A stretch of 64,000 bases of DNA from positions 11,842,001 to 11,906,000 of the forward strand of contig NW_026889803.1 of assembly GCF_033153115.1 (NCBI RefSeq). The letters are read 5' to 3'. The stretch comes from Saccostrea echinata. Taxonomy: Eukaryota. How positions within the stretch are numbered: position 1 is the first letter of the stretch; each line of letters starts with the position of its first letter. Made by a program: the position numbers and the translations under genes. This document shows, one piece after another, positions 62,611-64,000 of this stretch. The notes beneath the pieces are model-generated. The model was not told the DNA's origin, did not search any database, and saw only the letters and a program-made list of their open reading frames with translations.

Positions 62611-64000
62611 ATGGAGAACTTAGAGTTCGAGGATGACAAACTGACCTCGGTTGAGGTTCCCTCGCTAAGCGCCACCAAACTTAAGTGCGAGCCCTGCAAT
62701 AATGATAGCTTGGAGGTAGTGGATGCACTTTACTTTTGCAAAAACTGTTTGGAGGGATTATGTGAAACATGTGCCAAATACCACAGAAATATGAAAGCTC
62801 TGAGAAACCATGTCGTCATAGAGTTGGGTGAAACAACTTCTTCCATGGCTCTAAAGCCCCTTTCCTCTTTCGGAACTGCCACTGGCAACAATTGCAACAT
62901 CCATCCGCATAAAGAGCTCGATTTCTTTTGCGTCGACCATCAGAGCACCTGCTGCGTCATGTGCATCGCGCTTGGGCACAGGAAATGCGAGATCGTCAAA
63001 AGCGTCGATCAGGTTGACATCGGGAGTGATTTCGGACTCTCCACCACCTCCTTGTTCCAAAGAGCAGAAAAATGTGCTAGTTACGCCCAGTCAGTTGTAG
63101 CCACAAAGGAACGCAGCCTACAGTACCTTCAAGACCAGAAGAACAAAGCGACGGCACGAGTTGCTTCAATGATTCGGGATACAAAAACAATACTCGATAC
63201 CCTTGAATCCAACATTCATCAGGACATAGATAATGCTGACCAGCAGCAAAGAATGCAACTCCAAGATCAAGTTGAACATTACCGAGGGATCGTCAGCCAG
63301 ATTAACGAGGCCAAAAATAAACTAGAAACTTCAGTCAAATTCCGAACGAAACTGAACGTCCTCCAGCAAGCCCCACGACTCGAAGAGCTTTGTAGGAAGT
63401 ATGAACATGAGTTCCAGAATGATAAAGACAAAGACAGCGATCTAACCTTTGGATGGTCTCCAGACGCAGTCTTAGACAATCTAGCACGAGTGCAAGATAA
63501 TATTGGGAAAATGCATCTAACACCAATTCAAAGGCTGGAGGCACCACACCATCCTAGTCGGAAAATTTACTGGGACAAACGAATAATCAAGCGATCCGAA
63601 TTTAATGCCAAGACTGGGTCTGACAAAAGCAACTGTCTCTTTACAGGCGCTGGTTTCACGAACAAGGGTGAGATCGTTCTAGCAGACCACAGCAACCGCA
63701 AAATTAAACTTTTCACAAGAACTGGCACTCTCCGCCATCAACTCCGCTGTGAAGATCAACCCTGGGACGTCTGCATGGTGGATGATGACAATGTTCTCGT
63801 CTCATTCCCGGCTAAGCAAAAAATTCAAGTCTTCCGCATCCGTGAAAAAATCATTCCGATCCGCAACATTGCAGTAGAAGGAAATTGCCACGGAGTATCG
63901 CATAGCGCTGGGAAACTTGTGGTCACGTTTTCAGATGACTACAAAAGCTGCATTGGTTCTGTGAAATACATGGATATGCAAGGGAGAGTCACACGCAACA
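62611..64000 (+). CDS. B-box/coiled-coil/NHL-like (RING-less TRIM-like) protein, partial, intronless so far
   Basis: Uninterrupted frame from ATG 62611 (in-frame ATG also at 62560) to the window end. B-box1 CEPC...FCKNCLEGLCETCAKYH...H; B-box2 CNIHPHKELDFFCVDHQSTCCVMCIALGHRKC; Q/E/K-rich helix; propeller-like GEIVLADHSNRKIKLF and QPWDVCMV. Absent from the ORF track because it has no stop. Confidence 0.85.
   Translation, partial: MENLEFEDDKLTSVEVPSLSATKLKCEPCNNDSLEVVDALYFCKNCLEGLCETCAKYHRNMKALRNHVVIELGETTSSMALKPLSSFGTATGNNCNIHPHKELDFFCVDHQSTCCVMCIALGHRKCEIVKSVDQVDIGSDFGLSTTSLFQRAEKCASYAQSVVATKERSLQYLQDQKNKATARVASMIRDTKTILDTLESNIHQDIDNADQQQRMQLQDQVEHYRGIVSQINEAKNKLETSVKFRTKLNVLQQAPRLEELCRKYEHEFQNDKDKDSDLTFGWSPDAVLDNLARVQDNIGKMHLTPIQRLEAPHHPSRKIYWDKRIIKRSEFNAKTGSDKSNCLFTGAGFTNKGEIVLADHSNRKIKLFTRTGTLRHQLRCEDQPWDVCMVDDDNVLVSFPAKQKIQVFRIREKIIPIRNIAVEGNCHGVSHSAGKLVVTFSDDYKSCIGSVKYMDMQGRVTRN

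Noticed and set aside
62851-63547. Minus-strand ORFs over the TRIM-like gene
   Set aside because: Antisense shadows of the long plus-strand B-box ORF.

Overview
AT-rich, intron-rich animal genomic DNA, most likely a bivalve (oyster-like, judged from Cg170-type satellite inside a Helentron-associated element, the SINE and the Penelope-like repeats), with four N gaps. The window has two parts. (1) 1-30.4 kb is a TE-littered cluster of six genes for small proteins with no recognisable domain. Five are fully reconstructed and have signal peptides; the sixth runs off the left edge. Four are Met-rich and low-complexity: (GGIGSM)n, MMP-rich, and two with MxxMxxNP repeats. The five complete genes share a TATATA box and a signal-peptide exon ending in phase 1, and four end in an aromatic residue. 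This is a candidate hinge-ligament or shell-matrix structural gene complex and the best candidate for an undescribed system. (2) 31.9-55 kb is a compact housekeeping block of two head-to-head pairs: MTFP1 with a stathmin-like gene (95 bp between ATGs), and RPA1 with merlin (NF2). An intronless B-box/coiled-coil/NHL-like ORF follows and runs off the right edge. RPA1 and NF2 each carry an intronic minisatellite made of tandem copies of the preceding exon's 3' end plus its 5' splice site. All gene models were built by eye from GT-AG signals and reading-frame continuity; no database searches were run.
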